Numbered from the stretch's first letter, positions 42,901 to 54,021 are shown. The stretch: 64,000 nucleotides of DNA from Caulobacteraceae bacterium (GCA_035628275.1 DASPKD010000056.1:1154-65153); one strand, 5' to 3'. Translations and numbers: made by a program. The notes: generated by a model not told the origin, from the sequence alone.

Positions 42901-43878
42901 ATGAACCAGCTCCTGCGCCTGTCGCCGTTCGTGGTCGAAGCTCCCCGGCCGCTGGACCCGGCCAAGTTCCGCGACCCCGCGATCACCGCCCGCGGCGAGC
43001 CGCGCGCGCGGGTGGCCCTGGAGGCCCTGCGGACGCTCTGGTTCAACACCGGCACCCTGTGCAACCTGACCTGCCTGAACTGCTACATCGAGAGCAGTCC
43101 CCGCAACGACGCGCTCGCCTACCTGAGCCTGGCCGAAGTCGAGGCCTTCCTGGACGAGGCGACGGCGCTGGACCCGCCGCCCGTGGAGATCGGCTTCACC
43201 GGCGGCGAGCCGTTCATGAACCGCGACATCCTGCCGATGCTGGATGCGGCCCTGTCGCGCGGCTTCCAGGCGCTGGTGCTGACCAACGCCATGCGGCCGA
43301 TGCGGCGGTTCGAGGCCGGGCTGCTGGCGCTGAACGCCCGCCACGGCTCGCGCCTGACGCTGCGGGTCAGCCTGGACCACCACGGCCGCGCCCTGCACGA
43401 GGCCGAACGGGGCCCGCGCAGCTGGAAGCCCGCCATCGACGGCTTGGCCTGGCTGGCCCGCAACGGCTTCTCCCTGGCGATCGCCGGCCGCAGCGCCCCG
43501 GGCGAGCGGGAGGAGACCGCCCGCGCCGCGTACGACGAGCTGTTCCGGGGGCTCGACCTGCCCGTCGACGCCTTCGACCCCGGGCGGCTGGTGCTGTTTC
43601 CCGAGATGGACGCGCGCGTCGACGTGCCGGAGATCACCGAGGCCTGCTGGGGCATACTCGGCAAGCGCCCCACCGAGGTGATGTGCGCCTCCAGCCGCAT
43701 GGTGGTCCGCCGCAAGGGCGCCGCGGCCCCGACGGTGGTCGCCTGCACCCTGCTGCCCTACGACCCGGCGTTCGAGCTGGGGCCGACGCTCAGGCACGCG
43801 GCCGGGGCGGTGGCGCTGAACCACCCGCACTGCGCCACGTTCTGCGTGCTGGGCGGGGCCAGCTGCTCGGCCGGCTAG
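42901..43878 (+). CDS. Radical SAM protein with C-terminal Cys-rich region (ArsS/DUF3641-like architecture)
   Basis: CNLTCLNC (CX3CX2C) cluster motif, GGEPFMNRD SAM-binding block, and further Cys in ACWG, VMCASS, VVACTLL and HPHCATFCVLGGASCSAG. Confidence 0.75.
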   Translation: MNQLLRLSPFVVEAPRPLDPAKFRDPAITARGEPRARVALEALRTLWFNTGTLCNLTCLNCYIESSPRNDALAYLSLAEVEAFLDEATALDPPPVEIGFTGGEPFMNRDILPMLDAALSRGFQALVLTNAMRPMRRFEAGLLALNARHGSRLTLRVSLDHHGRALHEAERGPRSWKPAIDGLAWLARNGFSLAIAGRSAPGEREETARAAYDELFRGLDLPVDAFDPGRLVLFPEMDARVDVPEITEACWGILGKRPTEVMCASSRMVVRRKGAAAPTVVACTLLPYDPAFELGPTLRHAAGAVALNHPHCATFCVLGGASCSAG

Positions 43879-43906
43879 AGCTCCGGCCCGGTGGAGATTT
43901 CCACCC

Positions 43907-43939
43907 GCGCGCCTTTGGCGTAGACCGCCAGACGCGCGC
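43907..43939 (+). other. Strong stem-loop between the radical SAM gene and dapB
   Basis: 14-position stem (43907-43920 / 43926-43939; one C-C mismatch, one G-U) with loop TAGAC. No downstream T tract, so it is not a canonical terminator. Confidence 0.35.
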
Positions 43940-44024
43940 AATGCGCGGCAGAGCTTCATCGGGGGAGCCGCTTGCAACCGACGCTCACAGCACCAACGAG
44001 ATCGCACGCGCCGGAGGCGCGCGC

Positions 44025-44768
44025 ATGAGCGCCCCCGTTCACATCGGCATCGCCGGCGCGCGCGGGCGCATGGGCCGCGCGGTGTCCCAGGTGCTGGAAC
44101 AGCGCGACGGCTCGATCGTCGCCCTGCGGTTCGACCGCGGCGAGGAGCCGGACCTGAACCACTGCGACGTGGTGATCGACTTCACCACCCCCGAAGCCTC
44201 GGTCGCCCTGGCCGAGCGCTGCGCCGCGACCGGTCGTCCGGCTCTGGTGATCGGCTCCACCGGCTTCACGCCCGAGCAGAACGCGGCGGTGGCCGAGGCC
44301 GCGAGCCGCCTGGCGATCGTCAAGAGCGGCAACTTCTCGCTGGGCGTGAACACCCTGATCGGCCTGGTCGAGCAGGCGGCGCGCAAGCTGTCGGAGCAGG
44401 CGTGGGACGTGGAGGTGTTCGAGGCCCACCACCGGCGCAAGGCCGACGCGCCGTCGGGCACCGCCCTGATGCTGGGCGAGGCGGCCGCACGAGGACGCGG
44501 CGAGGCGCTGGAGGCGCTGCGCGCGGGGCCGCGCGAGGGGATCACCGGCCCGCGTCAGGCGGGGAGCATCGGCTTTTCGGTGATGCGCGCCGGCGGGATC
44601 GTGGGCGAACACGCGGTGGTGTTCGCCGCCGAGGACGAGATCCTGACACTGTCCCACTCCGCCCGCGACCGCTCGCTGTTCGCCCGCGGCGCGGTGGAGG
44701 CGGCGCTGTGGGCCGCGGGCCGCGCGCCGGGGCTCTACGACATGCAGGACGTGCTGGGGTTCAGATAA
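44025..44768 (+). CDS. dapB: 4-hydroxy-tetrahydrodipicolinate reductase
   Basis: GGAGG 8 nt before ATG 44025. IGIAGARGRMGRAV dinucleotide fold, and EAHHRRKADAPSGTAL and GGIVGEH blocks. The track ORF 42891..44768 is only real from this ATG onward. Confidence 0.9.
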   Translation: MSAPVHIGIAGARGRMGRAVSQVLEQRDGSIVALRFDRGEEPDLNHCDVVIDFTTPEASVALAERCAATGRPALVIGSTGFTPEQNAAVAEAASRLAIVKSGNFSLGVNTLIGLVEQAARKLSEQAWDVEVFEAHHRRKADAPSGTALMLGEAAARGRGEALEALRAGPREGITGPRQAGSIGFSVMRAGGIVGEHAVVFAAEDEILTLSHSARDRSLFARGAVEAALWAAGRAPGLYDMQDVLGFR

Positions 44769-44797
44769 GGAAACGGGCGGGGATCGCTCCCCGCCCG
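44766..44797 (-). terminator. Rho-independent terminator for the minus-strand membrane-protein gene
   Basis: 10-bp stem CGGGCGGGGA (44774-44783) / TCCCCGCCCG (44788-44797) with a 4-nt loop. On the minus strand it is followed by TTTCCTTA. Confidence 0.55.
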
Positions 44798-44832
44798 CTC
44801 CGGTCCTGAGTGTCTGTTCTTAAGGCTGCGCG

Positions 44833-45165
44833 TCAGGCGGCCTTGAGGACGTTCTTCTTCACGAAGAAGAACACCGAAATCACGATCAGGAAGCCGACGA
44901 AGGTCGCCGCCGTCGAGATCAGGAACTCCGGCGAGATCAGGTTCGGCAGCTGGAAGCGGCCGCCGCCCAGCACCGGGATCATCACCGCCACCAGAATCTG
45001 GAACACGACCGCGCCCAGCGCCATCGCCCAGATCTGTTTCCACTGCTTCATCAGCACCGCCGCGATCAGGGCGATGACCAGGGCCGCGACCTGCGAGTTG
45101 ACCGTCGCAAAGCCGGTCTGCAGGAAGTCGTAGGCTCCGCCCAGATAAGGTTGCACGCTTTCCAT
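44833..45165 (-). CDS. Small integral membrane protein (three predicted TM helices), function unknown
   Basis: 110 aa. GGAGGG before the ATG. Helices VAALVIALIAAVLM, IWAMALGAVVFQILVAVMIPVL and AATFVGFLIVISVFFFV. GC content visibly below the neighbours, but codon third positions are still GC-biased. Confidence 0.6.
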   Translation of the reverse strand: MESVQPYLGGAYDFLQTGFATVNSQVAALVIALIAAVLMKQWKQIWAMALGAVVFQILVAVMIPVLGGGRFQLPNLISPEFLISTAATFVGFLIVISVFFFVKKNVLKAA

Positions 45166-45278
45166 GAACTATCCCTCCAGCTCTTTCCCCCGAGCTTAAC
45201 CGCACGTTTACCACGATAAACCCGGAACTCGCCAGAGCCCCGCTTGTCGGCCGCCGATCCGTTAGTTGCAGCGAGCGC

Positions 45279-46349
45279 TCAGCCGACCTGTGCGCGGTGG
45301 GCCAGGAAGGCGTCGGCGAGGACGCAGGCGGTCATGGCTTCGACGACGGGCGGGGCGCGGACGCCGACGCAGGGGTCGTGGCGGCCCTTGGTGGAGACCT
45401 CGACCTCGTTTCCGTCCACGTCGACGCTGCGGCGGGGGGTCAGGATGGAGGAGGTGGGCTTGAAGGCGACGCGGGCCGTCACCGATTGGCCGGTGGAGAC
45501 GCCGCCCAGCACGCCGCCCGCGTGGTTGGACAGGAACACGGGCCCGTTTTCGCCCGCGCGCATCTCGTCGGCGTTGTCTTCGCCGGAGAGTTCGGCGGCG
45601 GCGAAGCCCGCGCCGATCTCGACCCCCTTGGCGGCGTTGATCGACATCAGCGCCGCGGCCAGGTCGGCGTCCAGCTTGCCGTAGACGGGCGACCCCCAGC
45701 CGGGCGGCACGCCGTGCGCCACGACTTCGACCATCGCGCCGGCGGAGGAGCCGCGCTTGCGGGTCTCGTCGAGAAACGACTCCCAGACGTGCGCGGTCTC
45801 CGCGTCCGGGCAGAAGAAGGGATTGTTCGCGGTCTCCGCCCAGTCCCAGCGCGCCCGGTCGATCCGGTGCGGACCGATCTGGACCAGGGCGGCGCGCACC
45901 GCGACGTCCGCGCCCAGCACCTTACGCGCCACCGCGCCGGCGGCGACGCGGCAGGCGGTCTCGCGAGCGGAGGAGCGGCCGCCGCCTCGCGGATCGCGCA
46001 CGCCGTACTTGGCGGCCCAGGCGTAATCGGCGTGGCCGGGGCGGAAGACGCGGGCGATCTCCGAGTAGTCCTTGGACCGTGCGTCGACGTTTTCGATCAG
46101 GATGGAGATCGGGTGGCCGGTGGTCACGCCCTCGTACACGCCGGACAGAATGCGGGCCTGGTCGGGTTCGCGCCTCTGGGTGACGAAGCGGCTGGTCCCG
46201 GGCTTGCGGCGGTCGAGCTCGACCTGAACGTCGGCTTCCGACAGCGGCAGGCCGGGCGGGCATCCGTCGATCACGCAGCCGATCGCCGGCCCGTGGCTCT
46301 CGCCCCAGGTGGTGACGCGGAACAGACGTCCGAAGGTGTTGTGCGACAT
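45279..46349 (-). CDS. aroC: Chorismate synthase
   Basis: [33 protein letters not shown]..., [10 protein letters not shown] and GRHDPCVG blocks. Confidence 0.95.
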   Translation of the reverse strand: MSHNTFGRLFRVTTWGESHGPAIGCVIDGCPPGLPLSEADVQVELDRRKPGTSRFVTQRREPDQARILSGVYEGVTTGHPISILIENVDARSKDYSEIARVFRPGHADYAWAAKYGVRDPRGGGRSSARETACRVAAGAVARKVLGADVAVRAALVQIGPHRIDRARWDWAETANNPFFCPDAETAHVWESFLDETRKRGSSAGAMVEVVAHGVPPGWGSPVYGKLDADLAAALMSINAAKGVEIGAGFAAAELSGEDNADEMRAGENGPVFLSNHAGGVLGGVSTGQSVTARVAFKPTSSILTPRRSVDVDGNEVEVSTKGRHDPCVGVRAPPVVEAMTACVLADAFLAHRAQVG

Positions 46350-46421
46350 CGCCCCGGCTTAGCCGACCCGCGCGCGGCCGACAAACTTGCCGGACGGCCC
46401 GCCGGGCGCACATAACCGGTC

Positions 46422-47090
46422 ATGAGCCGTTCCCTGCTGCCGCCCAGCCCCTCCGAACGCGAGTACGAGGCCGCCCACGTCGGCAACGCCGACGAGTCGA
46501 TCTTCGCCCTGCAGGAGCCGTTCGCCCTGTTCGAGCAGTGGCTGGCCGCGGCGCGCGAGAAGGAGCCGAACGACCCCAACGCCATGGCCGTGGCCACCGC
46601 CGACGCCGACGGCCTGCCGGACGTGCGCATGGTGCTGCTGAAGGGCTTCGACACCGACGGCTTCGTCTTCTACACCAACACCGAAAGCGCCAAGGGACGG
46701 CAGCTGGCGGGCAATCCGCAGGCGGCGCTGCTGTTCCACTGGAAGTCGCTGCGCCGGCAGGTCCGCATTCGCGGGCCGGTGTCGCCGGTGAGCGCGGAGG
46801 AGGCCGACGCCTACTTCCGCACCCGCGCCCGCGACAGCCGGATCGGCGCCTGGGCGTCGGACCAGTCGCGCCCGCTGGAGAGCCGCTTCGCGCTGGAGAA
46901 GCGCATCGCCGAGTACGGGCTCAAGTTCGGCCTGGGCGAGCCGCCGCGCCCGCCGCACTGGTCCGGCTACCGGGTGGCGCCGCTGAGTTTCGAGTTCTGG
47001 CGCGACCGGCCGTTCCGCCTGCACGACCGGCTGACGTTCCGGCGGGCCTCCACGAGCGAAGCCTGGGCGCGGGAGCGGCTGTACCCTTAA
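46422..47090 (+). CDS. pdxH: Pyridoxamine 5'-phosphate oxidase
   Basis: [50 protein letters not shown] and [12 protein letters not shown] are canonical PdxH blocks. Confidence 0.9.
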   Translation: MSRSLLPPSPSEREYEAAHVGNADESIFALQEPFALFEQWLAAAREKEPNDPNAMAVATADADGLPDVRMVLLKGFDTDGFVFYTNTESAKGRQLAGNPQAALLFHWKSLRRQVRIRGPVSPVSAEEADAYFRTRARDSRIGAWASDQSRPLESRFALEKRIAEYGLKFGLGEPPRPPHWSGYRVAPLSFEFWRDRPFRLHDRLTFRRASTSEAWARERLYP

Positions 47091-47731
47091 GCCGCCGCCT
47101 CGGCCGGCGCGCGGACGGCGTAGCGGGCGAGGAAGGTCTCGACCGCCTCGTCGCAGATCTGCTCGATCGGGCGTTCGGCGCGGGTCTCGTCGCCGGTGAC
47201 CATGGGCACCACGAAGCAGGGGTGCTCGATCATGCCCATCAGCTGCCCGGCCGCCCAGGAAGGCTTGGTCACCCGCACGCGGCCCTCGTCCTGCAGGCGC
47301 TTCAGCACGGTCATCAGGTAGCCGCCGAATTCGCTGCGCCCGCGGTCGTAGAAGTGGCGCGCCACCGACTCGAAGCGCCGCCGCTCCGACGCGACCAGGC
47401 GGAACACCGACCGGACGAACGGGTCGCTCATGAACCGGGCGTAGGCGATGGCGAAGCCGCGCAGCTGGCTGATCCCGTCGCCGCCGATCCCGGCGGCCTG
47501 ATCGATCAGGCGCGAGAACTCCTTCGCCGCCTCCTCGACCACCGCCTTGAACAGGTCGGCCTTGCCGGGAAAGTAGGCGTAGAGGGTGGCGGTGGAGACG
47601 CCGGCGTCGCGCGCCACCGCCTCCATCCCGGTCCCGGAATATCCCTCGAGCATGAACAGGCGGCGTGCGGCGGCGAGGATGTCGCCGCGCTTCCGCTCGG
47701 AGCGCAGGTCGCGCCCGTCGCAATAGGCCAT
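47087..47731 (-). CDS. TetR/AcrR-family transcriptional regulator
   Basis: N-terminal [50 protein letters not shown]. 214 aa. Its stop overlaps the pdxH stop (convergent). Confidence 0.85.
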   Translation of the reverse strand: MAYCDGRDLRSERKRGDILAAARRLFMLEGYSGTGMEAVARDAGVSTATLYAYFPGKADLFKAVVEEAAKEFSRLIDQAAGIGGDGISQLRGFAIAYARFMSDPFVRSVFRLVASERRRFESVARHFYDRGRSEFGGYLMTVLKRLQDEGRVRVTKPSWAAGQLMGMIEHPCFVVPMVTGDETRAERPIEQICDEAVETFLARYAVRAPAEAAA

Positions 47732-47819
47732 GTCCTTCCACCGCCGCGGCGCCTCCCCCGAGCGCGCTTTGCGACGGCCCTCTCTCCTGAAAGCCCTGAG
47801 ATTAACTTTTATTCACCCG

Positions 47820-47845
47820 GCCAGTGTCCGCAAGCCGACAGTGGC
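47820..47845. promoter_or_regulatory. Candidate TetR operator palindrome
   Basis: GCCAGTGTC-N8-GACAGTGGC (8 of 9 positions complementary) in the 174-nt divergent region between the TetR gene and the kinase-like gene. Lies next to the only AT-rich patch (GAGATTAACTTTTATTCA). Confidence 0.3.
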
Positions 47846-47905
47846 TCGCCCGCCACGACGAAGGCGCGAGTGGTGCAGCACGGCCACGCCGTGTAGAGCG
47901 GCGGC

Positions 47906-49312
47906 ATGACCTCGCCTGCCCCTCAGAACGGCTACGAGCGCGCCTTCGCCCGGTTGAGCGCACAGGCCGAGCGCGTGATCGATACGCCCTGCGCGGCGGT
48001 GTTCCTGACCGGCGGCGAGGCCCTGAAACTGAAGAAGCCGGTCGACTTCGGCTTTCTGGATTACTCGACCCTGGAACGGCGGCGCTGGGCGGCGGGGCGC
48101 GAGCTGGAGTTCAACCGGGCCACCGCGCCGGACGTGTACCTGGGCGTGATCGAGGTCGAGGGGGAGCCGGTGGTGCGCATGCGCCGGTTCGACGAGGCCG
48201 CGGTGCTGGCGAACCGGCCCGAGGCCTGCGACGGCGCGCTCGCCGAGGCGCTGGGCCGCGCCGTCGCCCGCTTCCACCGGCAGGCGCCGGTCACCGAAGA
48301 GGGGGGCGCGGGCGCGATCGAATACGTGCTGGGCTCCAATGCCGGGCTCCTGCGCGAGGGGGGCGACGTGCTGGGCTCCGAGGCGGTCGAGGCTCTGGTC
48401 GTCGACAGCCGCGCCGCGTTCGAGCGGGTCGCGCTGCTGCTGGAGCGCCGGCGCGCCGCGGGCCTGTCGCGCCGCTGCCATGGGGATCTGCACCTGGGCA
48501 ACATCTTCGTCGAGGACGGGCGTCCGGTGCTGTTCGACTGCATCGAGTTCAACGACACCCTGAACCGCATCGACGTCCTGTACGACCTGGCCTTCCTGCT
48601 GATGGACCTGTGCTTCGTCGGTCGGCTCGAGGCGGCGAACCGGGTGATGAACGCCTGGGCCGACGAGGCGGCGAGGAGCTTCGGCGAGGCGGGGTTCACG
48701 GGGCTAATGGCCCTGCCGCTGCTGCTGTCGGTACGCGCGGGGGTGCGCGCTCACGTGAGCCTGAAGGCCGACGATCCGGCCCAGGCGCGGCGCTATCTGC
48801 AGGCGGCGCGGGCGTTCCTGGAGCCGGCTCCGCCGTCGGTGCTGGCGGTGGGCGGGCTGTCGGGTTCGGGCAAGACCACCTTCGCCCGCGCCCGCGCGCC
48901 CGACCTGGGGCCCGCGCCCGGGGCGATGCTGCTGCGTTCGGACGAGATCAGGAAGCGGATGTGGGGCGCCGGCCCGCTCGACCGGCTGCCGCCCGAAGCC
49001 TATGCGCCGGGGGAAAGCGGACGGGTGTACGCGCGGATGTTCGAGGAGGCGGCCCTGTGCCTGACCGTCGGCCGGGCCGTGGTGCTGGACGCGGTGTTCC
49101 TGCGGCCCGAGGAGCGCGACGCCGCCGAGACCCTGGCGCGGGATCACGGCGTGCCCTTCGAGGGCGTGTGGCTGGACGCGCCGCCCCAGGTGATGCGGGC
49201 GCGGATCGACGCCCGCACCGGCGACGCCTCCGACGCCGACGGGGCGGTGCTGGAAGAACAACTGACCCGCGATCCCGGCGAAATCCGCTGGACGCGCAGG
49301 CCTGGGCCGTAG
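47906..49312 (+). CDS. Bifunctional kinase-like protein: aminoglycoside-phosphotransferase-fold N-domain + P-loop (AAA_33-like) C-domain
   Basis: Protein-kinase-like catalytic loop CHGDLHLGNIF with downstream LFDCIEFND. C-terminal Walker A GLSGSGKTT followed by a small nucleotide-kinase-like domain. Confidence 0.7.
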   Translation: MTSPAPQNGYERAFARLSAQAERVIDTPCAAVFLTGGEALKLKKPVDFGFLDYSTLERRRWAAGRELEFNRATAPDVYLGVIEVEGEPVVRMRRFDEAAVLANRPEACDGALAEALGRAVARFHRQAPVTEEGGAGAIEYVLGSNAGLLREGGDVLGSEAVEALVVDSRAAFERVALLLERRRAAGLSRRCHGDLHLGNIFVEDGRPVLFDCIEFNDTLNRIDVLYDLAFLLMDLCFVGRLEAANRVMNAWADEAARSFGEAGFTGLMALPLLLSVRAGVRAHVSLKADDPAQARRYLQAARAFLEPAPPSVLAVGGLSGSGKTTFARARAPDLGPAPGAMLLRSDEIRKRMWGAGPLDRLPPEAYAPGESGRVYARMFEEAALCLTVGRAVVLDAVFLRPEERDAAETLARDHGVPFEGVWLDAPPQVMRARIDARTGDASDADGAVLEEQLTRDPGEIRWTRRPGP

Positions 49313-49342
49313 TCATCTGGCGGTCTTGCGACGGGGGAGTCG

Positions 49343-50578
49343 ATGCAGGCGTTCACGCGGCGAGCCGCCTTGCTCGGAGGCGCCGCCCTGGCGGCCGCTC
49401 CCACAGCCGCCTTCTCGGCCGGCCGGCGACTGGAAATTCCATTCAAGGTCACGCTCAACCGGCCCTGGACGGCGCTGACGATCAACGGCGAGGGTCCGTT
49501 CCGCTGCCTGATCGACACCGGCGCGAGCGGGTTCGCGATCAGCGACGCGATCGCCCGACGGCTGAAACTGCCGGTGTCGCGCACCGTCACCGCCCAGGCG
49601 GCGGTCGGCAAGGTGAGGATGTCCAGCTACAACGTCCGCGAGGTGGTGGTCGGCGGGGCGGTGAAGGACCGCGACATCTACGTGCTCGGATGGGACGTGC
49701 CCGAGGACGCCTTCATCGTCGGCATCGTGCCCGCATCGCTGTTCGCGCTGGCCAGCATGGGCATGGACTTCGACAAGGGGACCATGACCGTAGCGCCGCC
49801 GCGCTCGTTCAAGCTGCCCGACCACGAGGAGCTGCCCTCGGTGTCCAGGCCGATCCTGGGCAAGGGCGGGGTGGCGCTGGAGGAGATGTCCGGCCAGATG
49901 GCCGGCCACGTCCAGACCCTGGCGGAAGATTACGACCCGCGCCCCACGATCAGGGCCGAAATCGACGGCGCGCCGGTCAAGCTGTTGCTCGACACCGGGG
50001 CGGACTCCGCCCTGTTCCTGTTTCCCGACTACGTGAAGCGGGCCGGGCTGTGGGACCGCTACCCGCGCTGGCGAGAGGGGGTCTCTTCGGGCATCGCGGG
50101 GCTGTTCGAAACCCGCTTGGTGCGCGGCGTGAACCTGAAGCTCGGTTCGTTCCAAATTTCGCGCCCGGTCATGCTGCTGGGCGATCCGGCCGACGTGGGC
50201 CGCGACGGGTTCAAGGAAGCCGACGGGGTGATCGGGACGGAGATCCTGCGGCGCTTCTCCTTCGCCACCGACCCGCAGGACCAGAAGGTCTGGCTGAAGC
50301 CCAACGCCGCCTTCGCCGAGCCGATCCGCTACGACCGCTCCGGCCTGTCGCTCGAGCGCGTCGAAGGCCGGATCACCGTGACGGCGGTGGAGGAGAAGAG
50401 CGCCGCCCATCGGGCCGGACTGCTGCAGGGCGACGTGATCGCCGCCTTCGCCGGCGAGGGCGGTTACGAGGGGCTGCTGTGGGCGTTGCAGGGGCCGGCC
50501 GGCTCGGTGGTCGACCTGCTGGTCGAGCGCGAGGGCGCGCGCACCGAACTGGGGCTGAGGCTGCTGGAGCGTCTCTGA
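49343..50578 (+). CDS. Tat-exported aspartyl protease (two retropepsin-like domains) with C-terminal PDZ domain
   Basis: Twin-arginine signal MQAFTRRAALLGGAALAAAPTAAFSA. Two D-T-G-A catalytic motifs (CLIDTGASGF and LLLDTGADSA). PDZ-like end AAHRAGLLQGDVIAAFAGEG. Confidence 0.7.
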   Translation: MQAFTRRAALLGGAALAAAPTAAFSAGRRLEIPFKVTLNRPWTALTINGEGPFRCLIDTGASGFAISDAIARRLKLPVSRTVTAQAAVGKVRMSSYNVREVVVGGAVKDRDIYVLGWDVPEDAFIVGIVPASLFALASMGMDFDKGTMTVAPPRSFKLPDHEELPSVSRPILGKGGVALEEMSGQMAGHVQTLAEDYDPRPTIRAEIDGAPVKLLLDTGADSALFLFPDYVKRAGLWDRYPRWREGVSSGIAGLFETRLVRGVNLKLGSFQISRPVMLLGDPADVGRDGFKEADGVIGTEILRRFSFATDPQDQKVWLKPNAAFAEPIRYDRSGLSLERVEGRITVTAVEEKSAAHRAGLLQGDVIAAFAGEGGYEGLLWALQGPAGSVVDLLVEREGARTELGLRLLERL

Positions 50579-50675
50579 ACGCGGAGCGCGCCACCGTTCC
50601 GTTGCTTATCGCCGTTCAGCCCTCTAGCTTCTAGGTCAAGCGCCGAGGTCAGACGGGCGCACGGGAGGACGTCGT

Positions 50676-52310
<1,635 letters not shown>

Positions 52311-52344
52311 GGACGGACGGGCGTCCGGGGAGGGGAGCTACACC

Positions 52345-53109
52345 ATGGCCGACACCAGCAAGGGCGCGCGCCACCTCGTCCGCACCGCGCTCGCCATAGC
52401 CCTGATCGCGCCGCTGCTGGTGCTGGCGGGCGCGATCGCCACCCGCGCCGGGTGGGTGGACTGGAAGACCGGCTTCGGCGTCTGGACGGTCGACTGGGCG
52501 CCCAAGGCGGCGATGGTCGGGCTGGGCGCGGGGGTGCTGGCGGTGCTGTTCGCCTTCGCCGCGCCGAAGCGGCTGCTGCCCCTGGCCGTGGTCGCCGTCC
52601 TGATCCCGGGCCTGACCCTGCTGGGCTTCCAGCGGTTCCGCGCCAAGGCCGAGAGCCTGCCGCCGATCCACGACGTGTCCACCGACTGGGCGGAACCGCT
52701 CAGCTTCTCCGACACGATGATGAAGGCTCGCGCCGGCGCCGCAAACCCGGTGGAGCCCGACCCGGTGGTCGGGCTGATGAAGCGCCCCGCCTTCAAGAAA
52801 TGGGAGGGCCGCCGCATCGCCGAGATCAACGCCGAGACCTGCCCGGGCGCCCGGCCGGTTCCGCGCCTGGTCGAGCCCGAGGAGGTCGCCCGCGTGCTGG
52901 AGAAGAACGGCGTGCAGGTGATCGGCCAGGCCCCCTGGCGCGTCGAGGGCACGCACGAAAGCCTCTGGTACGGCTTCAAGGACGACGTGATCGTGCGCAT
53001 GCGGCCGGGCCGCACCGACGTCCGTTCGGTCAGCCGCGTCGGCGGCTCCGACCTGGGCGCCAACTGCGGGCGGGTGACGAAAATCGTGCAGGCGCTATCT
53101 GGGAAATAA
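52345..53109 (+). CDS. DUF1499-domain membrane protein
   Basis: Three N-terminal TM helices. C-terminal FKDDVIVRMRPGRTDVRSVSRVGGSDLGANCGRV matches the DUF1499 signature as I recall it. Confidence 0.65.
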   Translation: MADTSKGARHLVRTALAIALIAPLLVLAGAIATRAGWVDWKTGFGVWTVDWAPKAAMVGLGAGVLAVLFAFAAPKRLLPLAVVAVLIPGLTLLGFQRFRAKAESLPPIHDVSTDWAEPLSFSDTMMKARAGAANPVEPDPVVGLMKRPAFKKWEGRRIAEINAETCPGARPVPRLVEPEEVARVLEKNGVQVIGQAPWRVEGTHESLWYGFKDDVIVRMRPGRTDVRSVSRVGGSDLGANCGRVTKIVQALSGK

Positions 53110-54021
53110 CTCCGCGGGGATGAGCGGATCGCGGGTCAGCCGGTAAGCGCTCCCCATCTCAGGCTCGCCGTCCGTCGCCGCCACGCCGGTACGCACCAAA
53201 CCGATCAGGTGCGCCAGCACCGAATGCGCCGCCGCCGGCCACAGCCGACGGTCCACCTGGGCGTAGAGCACGGGCACCATCTGCGCGATCGTACGGTCGC
53301 CGGCCCTCAGCCGCTCGACGATCTGCGCCTCGCGCGCCTTGCGATGGGCGAGGTAGGCCTTCAGGAACGGCTCCGGCTCGGTCACCGGCGGGCCGTGGGT
53401 CGGCCACAGGGTCGAGAAGCCCCGCGCGATCACCTTCTCCAGGCTGGCGTAGTAGGCGGCCATGTCGCCGTCCGGCGGGCCGATCACGGTGGTGGACCAG
53501 CCCATCACGTGGTCGCCGCTGAACAGGGCGTTCTCCTCGATCAGGGCGAAGGCCAGGTGGTTGGAGGCGTGGCCGGGGGTGGCGACGGTCTCCAGCGTCC
53601 AGCCCGGCCCTGAGAACCGGTCGCCGTCGCCGATCGTCACGTCCGGCCGGAAGCCGCCGTCGTCGCCTTCCTCCAGGGTCATGCCGTGGGCGCTCGGGGC
53701 CGCGGGCGGACGGGCGGCGTAGACGGTCGCCCCGGTCGCCTCGGCGAACGGGCGGGCGAGGGGCGAGTGGTCCAGGTGCGTATGGGTGACCAGCACGTGC
53801 GTCACCCGCTCGCCCTCCACCGCCGCCAGCAGCGCCTGCAGATGGGCGGGATCGTCCGGGCCGGGGTCGATGACCGCCACCTCCCCTCGTCCGACGATGT
53901 AGGTACCGGTGCCGGTGAAGGTGAACGGGCCGGGATTGTCCGCCACCACCCGCCTGATCAGCGGCGAGACCTGGTCCGCGCGCCCGTAGGCGAAGTCGAA
54001 ATCGCGCACGAAAGGGATCAT
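53095..54021 (-). CDS. MBL-fold metallo-hydrolase (LACTB2-like, with C-terminal helical domain)
   Basis: HxHxDH motif in VLVTHTHLDHS and downstream TPGHASNH. About 70-aa C-terminal extension AHRKAREAQIVERL... as in LACTB2-type enzymes. 15-nt convergent overlap with the DUF1499 gene. Confidence 0.8.
   Translation of the reverse strand: MIPFVRDFDFAYGRADQVSPLIRRVVADNPGPFTFTGTGTYIVGRGEVAVIDPGPDDPAHLQALLAAVEGERVTHVLVTHTHLDHSPLARPFAEATGATVYAARPPAAPSAHGMTLEEGDDGGFRPDVTIGDGDRFSGPGWTLETVATPGHASNHLAFALIEENALFSGDHVMGWSTTVIGPPDGDMAAYYASLEKVIARGFSTLWPTHGPPVTEPEPFLKAYLAHRKAREAQIVERLRAGDRTIAQMVPVLYAQVDRRLWPAAAHSVLAHLIGLVRTGVAATDGEPEMGSAYRLTRDPLIPAELFPR

Noticed and set aside
42285-44024. tRNA-Gly as an integration site for a genomic island (the tail-anchored protein and radical SAM genes as cargo)
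   Set aside because: There is no integrase or recombinase. I could not find a repeat of the tRNA 3' end downstream. GC content and codon bias are like the core genome, and dapB follows immediately.
42891-44768. 625-aa ORF suggesting a large fusion protein ending in DapB
   Set aside because: Only the last 247 codons (from ATG 44025, with GGAGG upstream) look like DapB. The upstream part overlaps the radical SAM gene in another frame and is Arg/Pro/Gly junk.
47824-50634. 936-aa + strand ORF overlapping the kinase-like and aspartyl-protease genes
   Set aside because: It is an alternate frame with extreme Arg/Gly/Pro/Ala composition. The two shorter frames contain catalytic motifs and signal peptides.
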